Shown here: positions 9,802 through 20,059 of the stretch, piece after piece
How positions within the stretch are numbered: position 1 is the stretch's first letter
How the letters are laid out: the number at the start of each line of letters is the position of its first letter
Source of the DNA: Candidatus Giovannonibacteria bacterium RIFOXYD1_FULL_48_21
Lineage (GTDB): Bacteria > Patescibacteriota > Minisyncoccia > JACPKW01 > UBA11713
Assembly: GCA_001778985.1 (NCBI GenBank)
Contig: MFIU01000001.1
Coordinates: forward strand, 126,001-190,000
Reading direction: 5' to 3'
DNA: 64,000 nucleotides
Program-made: the position numbers and the translations under genes
Notes under the pieces: model-generated
What the model saw: the letters and a program-made list of their open reading frames with translations, nothing else
Told to the model about the DNA's origin: nothing
Databases searched by the model: none

Positions 9802-10542
9802 ATGAAAGATTTCGGTCTTCTTAAGAATCAAGCTTTAAATCTAAGAAAAAAAGGGTTAAGTTATAGTGAAATCCGTAGTAAGATTAAAGTTTCAAAAAGC
9901 ACTTTAAGCATGTGGCTAAAGGGCGTGAAGCTGAAACCTGAACACCGAGCGAGATTATATACTAAGCAAATTCAAATACTTTCACGCGGCCCACAAAGCC
10001 AAAAGGAAAGGAGGGCGAGAGAAATTAAAGAAATTGTAAAAGAAGCAAGCAATGAGATTAAACTTCCCCTCTCGTCCGAAGCCCACCGTCTTATTGGGGT
10101 GGGGTTATACTGGGCGGAAGGATCGAAAGGCAAAATGTTTCAAATAACGAATTCTGACCCGTATTTAATTCTTTTCATGGTGCGGTGGATAGAAAAGATT
10201 TTTAGTATTTCTGTAGAAACTTTAAGAGCACGGCTGAATATTTACCCCCAGCAGGGCGATCTGAAAATTAAGAAATTCTGGTCGAATCTTACAGGGATTC
10301 CGTTGAAAAATTTTAAAAAAAGTTATATAAAGCCGCTTAGTACAGGATATAAGAAGAATAATCTTTATTATGGGACAATTAGGATCGAAGTTCCTAAAAG
10401 TGCCAACTTTGTTTGTAAAACGTTCGGATGGGTTCAAGGACTATTGGCGGATATTAAGCCGCAAGTTGATTTTGTTCAAAAGAAATGGCGTCATCTTTCA
10501 AAAGTGCCCCGGCCTGTGAATTTAAATCCCCCCATAGCTTAA
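9802..10542 (+). CDS. HTH plus LAGLIDADG-like domain protein
   Basis: N-terminal HTH (LRKKGLSYSEI..VSKSTLSMW); GLYWAEGSK...ITNSDP motif; stop codon lies inside tRNA-Lys. Confidence 0.7.
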   Translation: MKDFGLLKNQALNLRKKGLSYSEIRSKIKVSKSTLSMWLKGVKLKPEHRARLYTKQIQILSRGPQSQKERRAREIKEIVKEASNEIKLPLSSEAHRLIGVGLYWAEGSKGKMFQITNSDPYLILFMVRWIEKIFSISVETLRARLNIYPQQGDLKIKKFWSNLTGIPLKNFKKSYIKPLSTGYKKNNLYYGTIRIEVPKSANFVCKTFGWVQGLLADIKPQVDFVQKKWRHLSKVPRPVNLNPPIA

Positions 10543-10599
10543 CGGTAAAGCACCCGCCTCTTAAGCGGTGAGTTCTAGGTTCAAATCCTAGTGGGGGGA
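10528..10599 (+). tRNA. tRNA-Lys(CTT)
   Basis: Acceptor CCCCCCA/TGGGGGG, anticodon loop CTCTTAA, T-arm CTAGG-TTCAAAT-CCTAG. Confidence 0.93.
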
Positions 10600-10633
10600 C
10601 AAACAACAACATTCGGTGTAAAATATATACACC

Positions 10634-11749
10634 ATGGATGCCGAAAAATTACTCAGGATTCTCAACGATCTGCAAGAGGACGAAGAGAGGCTGAATATCA
10701 AAGGGAAAATAGATGAAATCCGTAATGACCTTGCCCAGAATAACCAAGCTGGATTTGATTCTGCAAAAACTAAATTCGCAGATTTCATTAAAGAAATCCA
10801 GGAGAATAGTATTTCCCAAACTTTTTCCAGAACGGAATCCCTGGCTTTAAAACAAATAAGTGGCGAGGAATATTTTGGTAATGGCCTTATAGCTCAACTT
10901 GAGAAAATTTTTTCTACTCCTGGTTTTGAACTTCCTAGTAAAATTAACGAATATCGCAGCGGACGAAATTCTTTTTTAGAGAAAGTGCAAGGCTTACGTG
11001 CGAGTCTCGAGAAAATTGGAATAGAAGAATATCGTCCAGAATCTTATGAAATTGGCATTGTAATACCGGAAGAAGAAGCTGATTTTGATAAAATTATTAG
11101 GAGAATTAAAGATTTTAAACTACTAATTGCTGGTCTTATAGAAGCGGCGGATTTTGATCTTAAAGGTGTTAAAATAACACGTCTTAATAACGGATCCCTG
11201 GAATTCTTTTCGCTTCAACCTGCAGAAGTAGCAGTTCTTTTAACTACTCTTCTCTTAAATGTCAGCACAATATGGGACAAAATAACTAAGTATCGAAAGA
11301 AGATAGAAGAAACTGAAAATACCGATTTATTAACTCCCGAGAGTAAAAAAGAAATGATAGAAATCTGGAATAGAGAATCAGGAAAAATGAAAAACGCGAT
11401 TTTAGAAGAACTGCCTGAAAGAATTCTCAAGGAATTCAAAAAAATTGAAGATGGTAGAAAAAATGAAATTAGAAATCAGATAAAGATTGGTATAAAAACA
11501 ATTTTTGCTTGGCTCGAAGTGGGAATTGAAATAGACATCACTCCCGTGCGTGTAGATAGTTCGGAAAATATGACAAAAAAGGAAATTACTCAAATAAAAT
11601 CCGTTCAGCAAACTAATGCTACATTACGAGAAATCTATAAATTACCGAAAGAACTAAAGAAGCTACCTTTTAAATTACCAGATATTTCAATACCAGAAGG
11701 GGAAACTCCTATCGGAAAGAGGAAGGGGAAGAGAAAAGCCCAAAAATAA
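10634..11749 (+). CDS. hypothetical protein (371 aa, AT-rich)
   Basis: Long ORF; no motif recognised. Confidence 0.75.
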   Translation: MDAEKLLRILNDLQEDEERLNIKGKIDEIRNDLAQNNQAGFDSAKTKFADFIKEIQENSISQTFSRTESLALKQISGEEYFGNGLIAQLEKIFSTPGFELPSKINEYRSGRNSFLEKVQGLRASLEKIGIEEYRPESYEIGIVIPEEEADFDKIIRRIKDFKLLIAGLIEAADFDLKGVKITRLNNGSLEFFSLQPAEVAVLLTTLLLNVSTIWDKITKYRKKIEETENTDLLTPESKKEMIEIWNRESGKMKNAILEELPERILKEFKKIEDGRKNEIRNQIKIGIKTIFAWLEVGIEIDITPVRVDSSENMTKKEITQIKSVQQTNATLREIYKLPKELKKLPFKLPDISIPEGETPIGKRKGKRKAQK

Positions 11750-11874
11750 ATTTTGGTCCCGTATCATCTTTGCCTAACGGCGGGTAGGCTCGCCGCCTAC
11801 GGCGCGAAATGCGTTAGAACTATTTCAATAATACTGGACCAATTTGAATCACATAAGGAAGAAGCGGGTTGGTT

Positions 11875-12492
11875 TTATTTCTTTTTCCAGGAGCGGAACT
11901 TCGGGTCGCGGGTTCTGAACCACTTATCTTTTTCATCGAACCACCAATGATCGGGATGAGTTTTCATTAGGAGTTTTGCTATTTCTTTTGCGGCTGGTGT
12001 CTTGAGACGAACCACCACGCCTTTTATCCAAGATTCTGCTTTATTATTTCCTTTTTCAATTTCTTGCCGTAACGTTGCTATCCACTCCAGCTGATCCGCG
12101 TCCTTAGCTATTTTCGCTTCGAGTGTTTTTCGCTCCCGCTCTTCCCTGAAAGCTTCTTGAATATCTTTTCCAAACGGCAGACTCTTTGCGATATCCGCTA
12201 TGGCTTCCGCTTCTGCCAGGCGACCGTAGCGCTGGTGCACGTAATTAAGATCCGAAGTTCTGGATTCTCCTAAATCATGAGCTAGGCATAAAAAAATTAC
12301 TCTGTCTTTATCCGCTTTTGGCGTAAGTCTGGCAAGAATGTATCCGATAATAGCAGTGCGGAACAAATGCTCGGCTACGGATTGTTTTCCAGTTCCGAGG
12401 AACCATAAGCCAGAGCGGGGCGTCCGTTCCAAAATACCAACTTCGTAGATAAAATCAACGATTGAATTCCAGTCTTTTTTCCTGAGTTCCAT
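11875..12492 (-). CDS. HD-domain hydrolase (YfbR/HDDC2-like)
   Basis: RSG, QSVAEH, AHDLGE and DADQLE motifs. Confidence 0.88.
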   Translation of the reverse strand: MELRKKDWNSIVDFIYEVGILERTPRSGLWFLGTGKQSVAEHLFRTAIIGYILARLTPKADKDRVIFLCLAHDLGESRTSDLNYVHQRYGRLAEAEAIADIAKSLPFGKDIQEAFREERERKTLEAKIAKDADQLEWIATLRQEIEKGNNKAESWIKGVVVRLKTPAAKEIAKLLMKTHPDHWWFDEKDKWFRTRDPKFRSWKKK

Positions 12493-12501
12493 GCCGATAT
12501 T

Positions 12502-12759
12502 CTAACGCGACTTGTGCAAAATGGCGAGAATTAGAACCGACCATGAACCGACTACTCCGAGGATAAAGCTTATCATTATTGTGAAATTGTTCAGATAAAT
12601 TCCGTAAATAAACCAAGCCAACGTCCCCAGACTAAAAATTATGAAAGAGGGGATTGATATATCGTCAGCAGATTTTGTTTTGAAGATCTTATAGGCTTGA
12701 GGATAGTAGCCTAATGACATCAGTATCCCCATAACAACTGCAAATATTTCTATTAACAT
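12502..12759 (-). CDS. SemiSWEET/PQ-loop transporter
   Basis: 85 aa, 3 TM, YPQAYKIFKTKSADDIS motif. Confidence 0.88.
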   Translation of the reverse strand: MLIEIFAVVMGILMSLGYYPQAYKIFKTKSADDISIPSFIIFSLGTLAWFIYGIYLNNFTIMISFILGVVGSWSVLILAILHKSR

Positions 12760-12760
12760 T

Positions 12761-12961
12761 TTATTTAGGCTTGTAATTCAAATGTTTTCCTTTCTTCAGG
12801 CAATCGGTGCAGATTTTTATTCTTCCTCCTTGAGGCAAGTGGCCCCACTGGAGGTTGGGATATTTTCTTGTTTTTTTGGTGGGGTTGTATTTTCCGCGGA
12901 GCAAAACCCGGGTCGTCGACATCTGGGAGCCTTTTTTGCAGAGGGGGCAAACTTTAGCCAT
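12761..12961 (-). CDS. rpmB: 50S ribosomal protein L28
   Basis: MAKVCPLCKK...YPNLQ...ICTDCLK. Confidence 0.9.
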   Translation of the reverse strand: MAKVCPLCKKGSQMSTTRVLLRGKYNPTKKTRKYPNLQWGHLPQGGRIKICTDCLKKGKHLNYKPK

Positions 12962-12975
12962 AATGGGCATTATAT

Positions 12976-13578
12976 ATGCTTGATTTAATTTTTTCAATCG
13001 CGGTTCTGATTATGTCCGTGGTGATTCATGAAGTCTCTCACGGCGCCTTGGCCAATCTGCTCGGCGACCAGACGGCTAAAGATGCCGGACGCCTGACCTT
13101 AAATCCTCTAAAACATCTGGACCCTTTCGGCTCGGTGCTTCTGCCTTTTATTACTTATCTCTTAGGCGGCTTTATCATCGGCTGGGCCAAACCCGTTCCG
13201 TATAATCCTTATAATCTTTCCAACCAGCGCTGGGGTCCGGCTTTGGTGGGCGCGGCCGGCCCGGGTTCGAATATTTTAATTGCTCTCGCCTTCTCTCTGG
13301 TTGTGCGGAGTTTAGATGGCGCTCTGCCGGCCTCCCTCGCCGAAATCTTAACTACTATTATACTAATCAACATCCTGCTCGCGATTTTTAACCTCGTGCC
13401 GATTCCGCCCTTGGACGGTTCCAAAGTTTTATTCGCTCTTCTGCCCGCCAGTTTTTATCGCCTCCAGGGCTTTCTGGAAGAGTATGGTTTTTTCCTTTTG
13501 CTGATATTCATCTTTCTTCTCTGGCGCTGGCTTTTGCCGCTCGTGTTCTTTATCTTCAGAATTTTCGTCGGGGCTTGA
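12976..13578 (+). CDS. site-2 protease (M50 family)
   Basis: HEVSH zinc motif, NPLKHLD, FNLVPIPPLDGS. Confidence 0.95.
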   Translation: MLDLIFSIAVLIMSVVIHEVSHGALANLLGDQTAKDAGRLTLNPLKHLDPFGSVLLPFITYLLGGFIIGWAKPVPYNPYNLSNQRWGPALVGAAGPGSNILIALAFSLVVRSLDGALPASLAEILTTIILINILLAIFNLVPIPPLDGSKVLFALLPASFYRLQGFLEEYGFFLLLIFIFLLWRWLLPLVFFIFRIFVGA

Positions 13579-13592
13579 CCCGCCAAGGCGGG
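13579..13592. repeat. 14-bp micro-palindrome flanked by a TTGA direct repeat
   Basis: TTGA-CCCGCCAAGGCGGG-TTGA. Confidence 0.6.
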
Positions 13593-13621
13593 TTGACTCT
13601 TAATTTTATTTCTGCTAAAAT
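13593..13621 (+). promoter_or_regulatory. sigma70-type promoter of the str operon
   Basis: TTGACT-17 nt-TAAAAT with extended TG; rpsL start 10 nt downstream. Confidence 0.75.
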
Positions 13622-13630
13622 TTTTGCATT

Positions 13631-14053
13631 GTGCCTACGATTCAGCAATTAATAAAAAAGGGGCGAAAGCCCATCCATAAAAAATCCAAAGCCGTGGCCC
13701 TGGCCAGGGGTTTTAATCTTTTGAAAAACCGCCCGGTTTTATACCCCTCGCCCTTCAAGCGCGGAGTTTGCCTAAAAGTTTTTACCACCACGCCCAAAAA
13801 GCCGAACTCGGCCTTGCGCAAAGTCGCGCGGGTCCGGCTTACGAACGGCATGGAGGTTACGGCCTACATCCCCGGCGAAGGCCACAATCTTCAGGAGCAC
13901 TCCGTGGTCATGATTCGGGGCGGAAGGGTGAAAGATTTGCCGGGGGTTCGCTACCACATTGTCCGCGGGGTTTTAGACACCGGGGGCGTGGAAAATAGAA
14001 AACAGCAAAGAAGTAAATACGGCACCAAACAGCCGCAAGAGAAAAATGCGTAG
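13631..14053 (+). CDS. rpsL: 30S ribosomal protein S12
   Basis: [10 protein letters not shown] and [12 protein letters not shown]. Confidence 0.99.
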   Translation: MPTIQQLIKKGRKPIHKKSKAVALARGFNLLKNRPVLYPSPFKRGVCLKVFTTTPKKPNSALRKVARVRLTNGMEVTAYIPGEGHNLQEHSVVMIRGGRVKDLPGVRYHIVRGVLDTGGVENRKQQRSKYGTKQPQEKNA

Positions 14054-14516
14054 GAAAGCCAGGAGAAAATTTTCCAGAAGTCCTGACCCGTTGTACCAAT
14101 CCAAGCTGGTCGAACAGCTGACGAATTACGTGATGCATGACGGCAAAAAAGCCACGGCCCGAAAAGTGGTCTGGGGCGCTTTTGAAATTTTAAAAACAAA
14201 AACCAAAAACAGCGAGCCGCTTAGAGTTTTGGAAGAAGCGGTGAAAAACGCCTCGCCGGTTTTGGAAGTTCGCTCCCGACGGGTCGGCGGCGCCACTTAC
14301 CAGGTGCCGCGGGAAGTTCGGCCGGAGCGGAGAGTGACTTTGGCCTTTCGCTGGATTATCGGAGCGGCGCGCGCCAAAAAAGGAAAGCCTATGGCTGAAA
14401 AATTATCAGAAGAAATCTTGGCGGCCTCCAAGAACGAAGGCGCGGCCATTAAGAAAAAAGAAGACACCCATAAGATGGCCGAGGCCAACCGCGCCTTCGC
14501 CCACTTCGCCTGGTAA
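14046..14516 (+). CDS. rpsG: 30S ribosomal protein S7
   Basis: [11 protein letters not shown] and [12 protein letters not shown]. Confidence 0.99.
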   Translation: MRRKARRKFSRSPDPLYQSKLVEQLTNYVMHDGKKATARKVVWGAFEILKTKTKNSEPLRVLEEAVKNASPVLEVRSRRVGGATYQVPREVRPERRVTLAFRWIIGAARAKKGKPMAEKLSEEILAASKNEGAAIKKKEDTHKMAEANRAFAHFAW

Positions 14517-14519
14517 TTT

Positions 14520-16613
14520 ATGCCTAGAGGTTATCCTATTGAGCGAACTCGGGATATCGGCATTATTGCCCACATTGACGCCGGAAAAACCACGGTTTCC
14601 GAGCGGATTTTATTTTACACCGGGGTTTCGCACAAAATCGGTGAGGTGCATGAGGGCGAGGCGATTATGGACTGGATGGAGCAGGAGCGGGAGCGCGGGA
14701 TTACTATTACCGCCGCGGCCACGACCTGCTTTTGGACGCCGACCCACGGCGGGAGCGAAGAGCATCGCATCAATATTATCGATACTCCCGGCCACATTGA
14801 TTTCACGGTGGAGGTTCAGCGCTCTTTGAGAGTTTTGGACGGCGGGGTGGTGGTTTTTGACGGGGTGGCCGGAGTGGAGCCCCAGTCGGAAACCGTCTGG
14901 CGGCAAGCCGATAAATATAAAGTTCCCAGAATCTGTTTCATCAACAAACTTGACCGCTTGGGCGCTTCTTTTGAAAATTCATTGAAGTCCATTCAAGAAA
15001 GATTGACGCCGAACGCCGTGCCGGTGACTATTCCCATCGGGCTCGAATCCAATTTTGAAGGGATAATCGACCTTTTCAGAAGTAAGGCGATTTATTTCGA
15101 AGGCGAGCACGGCGAGAAAATGGCGGAAAAAGAAATCCCGGACCAGATGAAAGCCCAAGCTGAAAAGTGGCGGCATAATTTAATTGAGAAGATTTCCGAG
15201 ACCGAGGACGAGCTCACCCAGATGTATTTGGAAGGGAGGGAAGTTCCGGTTGAGAGGTTGCGCCAAGCTCTTAGAAAAGCTTCTCTTTCCTATCAGTTGG
15301 TTCCGGTTTTCTGCGGCTCGGCCCTCAAGAACAAGGGCGTGCAGCTTTTGCTCGACGGCGTGGTTGATTATCTTCCTAGTCCGGCTGACCTGCCGCCGGT
15401 CAAAGGTCTCGATCCAAAAACCGGGGAAGAAATTTCCCGCGAACCGTCTGACGCCGCGCCTTTCGCGGCCCTGGCTTTCAAACTTCAGTCTGACCCTTAC
15501 GTTGGCCAGCTGACTTTTTTTAGAGTCTATTCCGGAATGCTAAAGGCCGGTTCCTACGTTCTTAATTCCGCTACCGGGGACCAGGAACGGGTGGGACGGA
15601 TTTTAAGACTGCACGCCAACCATCGCGAAGAGGTCAAAGAAATTTTTGCGGGGGAGATTGGGGCGGCGGTCGGACTTAAGAACACAAAAACTGGCGATAC
15701 GCTTTCTGATCCGGAAGAGCCCATTCGGCTCGAGAAAATTGAATTTCCCGAGCCGGTAGTCGCGATGCGGATTGAACCCAAAACCAAACAGGACCAGGAG
15801 CGGATGGGCCTGGCCTTGAAGAGGCTTTCCGAAGAAGACCCGACCTTTAGAATAAAATCCGACGAAGAAACTTTGGAAACCATCATCTCCGGCATGGGCG
15901 AATTGCACCTGGAGATTATCGTGGACCGGATGAAAAGAGAATTTAAGGTGGAGGCCAACGTGGGCCGGCCCCAGGTGGCCTATAAAGAGACCATAAGAAA
16001 CACCGCTGAGGCCGAAGGAAAATATATCCGGCAGTCGGGCGGCCGGGGGCAGTACGGCCACGTTTGGCTTAGAGTTGAACCCCAAGAGAGGGGAGCGGGC
16101 TACGAATTCGAAAACGCGATTCGCGGCGGAGTGATTCCGCAGGAGTTCGTGCCGGCGGCGGAGAAAGGAGTTAAAGAAGGTTTAGAAAAAGGAGTAGTCG
16201 CGGGTTATCCCTTGGTTGACATTAAGGTCACGCTTTACGACGGCTCATACCATGAAGTGGACTCTTCGGAGATCGCGTTCAAAATCGCTTCCTCCATCGC
16301 TCTGCAGGAGGCCGCTAAAAGAGCCAAGCCGGTTTTGCTCGAACCCGTCATGAAAGTCGAGGTGATAGTTCCGGATAAATTCATGGGCGACGTGACCGGC
16401 GACCTCAATTCCAAGCGCGCCCGGATTGAACAGATTTCCGACCGCGCAAATCTGAAAGTGATTGACGCCAAAGTGCCCCTTTCCGAAATGTTCGGCTACG
16501 TGACTAAACTTCGGAGCATTACCGAGGGGCGAGCTTCCTATACTATGGAATTCGACCATTACGAAGAAGTCCCGGCCAATATCGCGGAGTTGATTAAAGA
16601 GGGGAAGAAATAA
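14520..16613 (+). CDS. fusA: elongation factor G
   Basis: [26 protein letters not shown]. Confidence 0.99.
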   Translation: MPRGYPIERTRDIGIIAHIDAGKTTVSERILFYTGVSHKIGEVHEGEAIMDWMEQERERGITITAAATTCFWTPTHGGSEEHRINIIDTPGHIDFTVEVQRSLRVLDGGVVVFDGVAGVEPQSETVWRQADKYKVPRICFINKLDRLGASFENSLKSIQERLTPNAVPVTIPIGLESNFEGIIDLFRSKAIYFEGEHGEKMAEKEIPDQMKAQAEKWRHNLIEKISETEDELTQMYLEGREVPVERLRQALRKASLSYQLVPVFCGSALKNKGVQLLLDGVVDYLPSPADLPPVKGLDPKTGEEISREPSDAAPFAALAFKLQSDPYVGQLTFFRVYSGMLKAGSYVLNSATGDQERVGRILRLHANHREEVKEIFAGEIGAAVGLKNTKTGDTLSDPEEPIRLEKIEFPEPVVAMRIEPKTKQDQERMGLALKRLSEEDPTFRIKSDEETLETIISGMGELHLEIIVDRMKREFKVEANVGRPQVAYKETIRNTAEAEGKYIRQSGGRGQYGHVWLRVEPQERGAGYEFENAIRGGVIPQEFVPAAEKGVKEGLEKGVVAGYPLVDIKVTLYDGSYHEVDSSEIAFKIASSIALQEAAKRAKPVLLEPVMKVEVIVPDKFMGDVTGDLNSKRARIEQISDRANLKVIDAKVPLSEMFGYVTKLRSITEGRASYTMEFDHYEEVPANIAELIKEGKK

Positions 16614-16614
16614 A

Positions 16615-16747
16615 AGTCGCTCGCTAGTTCCGCTTGAGACACAAATGCCGGCCAGCGCCGGCATTTTCTGGGATTGCTCGCGACTCCGATAACCATCGGA
16701 GACCGTGCTCGCTCGCAATCTATGGTCTCAAACGAAACTAGCTCACT
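16615..16747. repeat. multi-hairpin structured element (REP-like or ncRNA)
   Basis: Outer arms GCTAGTTCCGCTTGAGAC/GTCTCAAACGAAACTAGC enclose hairpins AATGCCGGC..GCCGGCATT and CTCCGAT..ATCGGAG. Confidence 0.6.
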
Positions 16748-16810
16748 GGGCAGAAACGCCCTTTTTTATTTTTAGCGGATTTGCTATGCTTTTTTTAAAA
16801 GAGGTGTTCT

Positions 16811-17239
16811 ATGATTAGATCATTTTTCGCGCATCTTGCGGCAATGTCGCCCAAAGATTTCTGGTTGGGTATGGTCGGAATATTGGGTCTCGGTGGATTC
16901 GTCATTATGGCCGTCACCGATGTCCTGAAAGAGTTTAAAAAGAAGATCGCCGCTGGTAGGTGGGACGTGAAGCCGAGTATGGTGGTCTACGGTCCAGATC
17001 GCGAAGTGAAAGCGAAGTATTTCGAGGCCGACGAGGCCACCGCGGGATACATCCCAGTTTTCCTGCTCGTCAAGATAGTGTTCGTTCTTTCGCTGGTATC
17101 TCTCATCACGGATTACTTCTACGGTATCGGTTTTCCGTTTCACCCGGTCTTCGCCGTCATCATGTTCTTTTTCTGCGGCGCCGTTCTCGTATTTATGTTT
17201 TTTGTAAACCGTTTCGAACGCAAACACACTACCGCGTAA
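16811..17239 (+). CDS. hypothetical membrane protein
   Basis: 3 hydrophobic segments; GAGGTG SD. Confidence 0.7.
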   Translation: MIRSFFAHLAAMSPKDFWLGMVGILGLGGFVIMAVTDVLKEFKKKIAAGRWDVKPSMVVYGPDREVKAKYFEADEATAGYIPVFLLVKIVFVLSLVSLITDYFYGIGFPFHPVFAVIMFFFCGAVLVFMFFVNRFERKHTTA

Positions 17240-17246
17240 AGCGCTG

Positions 17247-17290
17247 AAAGGGCACGTCCACTTCTTATGGAAACGGCCCTTTTTTGTTTT
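17247..17290 (+). terminator. intrinsic terminator candidate
   Basis: AAAGGGC...GCCCTTT stem followed by a T-run, between convergent genes. Confidence 0.55.
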
Positions 17291-17504
17291 AGAGAAGTTT
17301 TTTAAATTCGCCGTCGGTGAGTCCAGCGTCACGGATTATTCCCTTCAAGGTATAAGGATTCAATCTGCTATGTCTGGGAATGGTAATTTTCCTAGTTCCG
17401 TTTGTCATACCGATATGTTTCCTTCCCTGGGTTTTTGAAATCCAAAAACCAGCCTTTGTAAAAGCCTTGACGGCCAGATGAGAGGAGATGTCGGTGAAAA
17501 GCAT
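17289..17504 (-). CDS. HicA family toxin
   Basis: GRKHIGM...ITIPRH...TLKGIIRDAGL. Confidence 0.88.
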   Translation of the reverse strand: MLFTDISSHLAVKAFTKAGFWISKTQGRKHIGMTNGTRKITIPRHSRLNPYTLKGIIRDAGLTDGEFKKLL

Positions 17505-17704
17505 TATGCCAAGGCGACTTCCACCTCTCGCACTTCGGCTCCTTTGAGTTCTGCTTTCCCCATCTCTAGATAGGTAAAGATAGCGTCTTTTATATTATCG
17601 AGTGCCTCTTTTTGAGTTTCGCCTTGACTATGGCATCCCGGCAGGGCTGGAACGTGAATATCATAACCATATTTCGTTTTGCGAAGGATAACGGAGTATT
17701 TCAT
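17504..17704 (-). CDS. HicB family antitoxin
   Basis: VPALPGCHSQGET.KEALDNIKDAI. Confidence 0.9.
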   Translation of the reverse strand: MKYSVILRKTKYGYDIHVPALPGCHSQGETQKEALDNIKDAIFTYLEMGKAELKGAEVREVEVALA

Positions 17705-17822
17705 GCCTTAAGTATAGCACGGATATGTTGGGTTTCCAAGGGTATTGACGTTTTTTTATGCTTCGATTACCATATTAAATACACTTACAATTTAGTGGTT
17801 ATCGGTTAATTTTTTTGTTTTT

Positions 17823-19013
17823 ATGGCTAAATTTGAGAGGACCAAGCCCCACCTGAACGTGGGCACTATCGGACACGTTGACCACGGCAAAACTTCGCTG
17901 ACCGCGGCTATTTTGCATGTTATGAACCTGGCCGGAAAAAAGGTGAAGCTGGAGTCCGTGGACCAGATTGACAACGCTCCGGAAGAGCGCCAGCGCGGCA
18001 TCACCATTGCCCTTCATCACTCGGAGTACGAGACTGACAAGCGCCATTACGCCCACATCGACGCTCCGGGGCACGCGGACTACATTAAGAATATGATTAC
18101 CGGCGCGGCGCAGATGGATGGTGCCATTCTGGTGGTTTCAGCCTCCGACGGCCCCATGCCCCAGACTCGAGAGCACATTTTGCTCGCGCGCCAGGTAGGC
18201 GTTCCGGTGATTATCGTTTTTTTGAATAAAGTTGACACGGTGGATGACAAGGAATTGGTGGACTTGGTGGAAACCGAAGTGCGGGAACTTCTCAATAAAT
18301 ATGAATATCCCGGCGAGAAGACTCCGATTATCCGCGGCTCGGCGATGAAAGCGCTCGAAGCCAAATCGGCCGAGGACGAATGGGCCAAGCCGATTTTGGA
18401 ACTCATGAAAACTTTGGATGAATACATTCCGGAGCCGGTTCGGGAAATCGACAAACCTTTCTTGATGCCGATTGAAGACGTCTTCTCGATTGAAGGCCGA
18501 GGCACGGTGGTGACCGGACGCGCGGAGCGTGGCAAAATTAAGCTGAACGACGAGGTTGAAATTGTGGGACTGAAACCCACCCAAAAAACCATCGTAACCG
18601 GCATTGAGATGTTCAATAAACAGCTGGACGAGGGCCTGGCCGGAGACAACGCCGGAATTCTTTTGCGCGGCGTTAAAAAAGAGGACGTGGAACGCGGCCA
18701 GGTGATAGCCAAACCAGGTTCGATTACCCCCCATACGGATTTCGAATCTGAGGTTTACATCCTGACCAAAGAGGAGGGAGGCAGGCATACTCCCTTTTTT
18801 ACCGGCTATAAACCCCAGTTTTATATCCGCACCACGGACGTGACCGGCGAGGTGACGCTGGCCGAGGGGATTGAAATGGTCATGCCCGGCGATACGATTC
18901 AGTTCACAGTGAAACTGATTGCGCCGGTGGCGCTCGAAGAGAAACAGCGCTTCGCGATCCGCGAGGGCGGCAAGACCGTGGGAGCCGGGGTGGTGACCAA
19001 AATTATCAAATAA
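17823..19013 (+). CDS. tuf: elongation factor Tu
   Basis: [30 protein letters not shown]. Confidence 0.99.
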   Translation: MAKFERTKPHLNVGTIGHVDHGKTSLTAAILHVMNLAGKKVKLESVDQIDNAPEERQRGITIALHHSEYETDKRHYAHIDAPGHADYIKNMITGAAQMDGAILVVSASDGPMPQTREHILLARQVGVPVIIVFLNKVDTVDDKELVDLVETEVRELLNKYEYPGEKTPIIRGSAMKALEAKSAEDEWAKPILELMKTLDEYIPEPVREIDKPFLMPIEDVFSIEGRGTVVTGRAERGKIKLNDEVEIVGLKPTQKTIVTGIEMFNKQLDEGLAGDNAGILLRGVKKEDVERGQVIAKPGSITPHTDFESEVYILTKEEGGRHTPFFTGYKPQFYIRTTDVTGEVTLAEGIEMVMPGDTIQFTVKLIAPVALEEKQRFAIREGGKTVGAGVVTKIIK

Positions 19014-19016
19014 GTA

Positions 19017-19060
19017 ACCCCGACGCCTTTGGGTCGTGGTCCCGACCGAAGCGTCGGGAT
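19017..19060. repeat. palindromic element between tuf and rpsJ
   Basis: CCCGACGC...GCGTCGGG arms with an internal GGTCG..CGACC stem. Confidence 0.6.
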
Positions 19061-19081
19061 TGACAAAACAATAAATAAATA

Positions 19082-19420
19082 ATGGCCAAGCCTTCCAAAA
19101 GTGAAACTGAAGAGCTCCAGAAGCTTAGAATCCGCGTCCGCGGATACGACCATAAGATTTTGGATTCTTCGGTGAAGCAGATTGTGGACACGGCGCTCCG
19201 CTACGGGGGAGAGGTGGTCGGTCCGGTGCCCCTGCCGACCGAAATCAGGAAATACACCGTCAACCGCTCCACCTTCGTTCATAAAAACGCCCGGGAGCAG
19301 TTTGAGATGCGGATTCACAAGCGGCTTTTGGACATCATTCAGGTAACGCCAAAAATTATTGACGCTCTGACCAATCTTAACCTGCCGGCCGGAGTGGACA
19401 TTGAAGTGAAAATGATTTAG
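19082..19420 (+). CDS. rpsJ: 30S ribosomal protein S10
   Basis: GPVPLPT and [12 protein letters not shown]. Confidence 0.99.
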   Translation: MAKPSKSETEELQKLRIRVRGYDHKILDSSVKQIVDTALRYGGEVVGPVPLPTEIRKYTVNRSTFVHKNAREQFEMRIHKRLLDIIQVTPKIIDALTNLNLPAGVDIEVKMI

Positions 19421-19446
19421 CGGGTTTATCTCTCGGGAGAGAGTTC

Positions 19447-19470
19447 TGCCCCGGAAGGGGCATTTTGTTT
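19447..19470 (+). terminator. terminator/attenuator-like hairpin between rpsJ and rplC
   Basis: TGCCCC-GGAA-GGGGCA followed by TTTTGTTT. Confidence 0.5.
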
Positions 19471-19477
19471 AAGAAAT

Positions 19478-20053
19478 ATGAAATATATGCTGGCTCAAAA
19501 AATTCAGATGTCCCAAATATTTGATGAAGCCGGGAACGTAATTCCGGTGACGATTTTGCGCGCTAAGCCGGTTATAGTGACCCAAGTCAAAACCAAGGAA
19601 CGGGACCGCTACGAAGCCGTGCAGGTTGGCCTCGGAGAAAAGAAGAAGAAGGGCTCGAGCTCTTTTCGCTGGCTGCGGGAATTTCCGATAAGTCCGGCGG
19701 ACTTGAAGCTTGGCGACAAGATCGAGCTCACTATTTTTAAGGAAGGCGAGCCGGTTCAGATACGCGGCGTTTCCAAAGGCAAGGGTTTTCAGGGCGTGGT
19801 CAAGCGCCATGGTTTTCACGGCGGCCCCAGAACCCACGGCCAGAAACACTCCGAGCGCGAACCCGGCTCAATCGGCGCCACCTGGCCCCAGCGGGTTTTA
19901 AAGGGAAAGAAAATGGCCGGTCGGATGGGAGGAGAGCGGGTTACAATTAAAAATTCCCAAATCGTTAAAATTGAGCCTGATAAAAATCTTTTGTACGTGA
20001 AGGGGGCGGTGCCTGGGGCGCGGGGCAGTTTAATCCAAGTCGGCTCTGAATAA
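19478..20053 (+). CDS. rplC: 50S ribosomal protein L3
   Basis: SKGKGFQGVVKRHGF and KMAGRMG. Confidence 0.99.
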   Translation: MKYMLAQKIQMSQIFDEAGNVIPVTILRAKPVIVTQVKTKERDRYEAVQVGLGEKKKKGSSSFRWLREFPISPADLKLGDKIELTIFKEGEPVQIRGVSKGKGFQGVVKRHGFHGGPRTHGQKHSEREPGSIGATWPQRVLKGKKMAGRMGGERVTIKNSQIVKIEPDKNLLYVKGAVPGARGSLIQVGSE

Positions 20054-20059
20054 TAAAAT

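Noticed and set aside
11754-11822. Possible tRNA gene starting GGTCCCGT
   Set aside because: No cloverleaf can be built. At most it is a degenerate att-like remnant containing a GC-rich hairpin.
14539-19318. Long antisense and alternate-frame ORFs over fusA and tuf
   Set aside because: These are typical shadows of codon bias in highly conserved genes.
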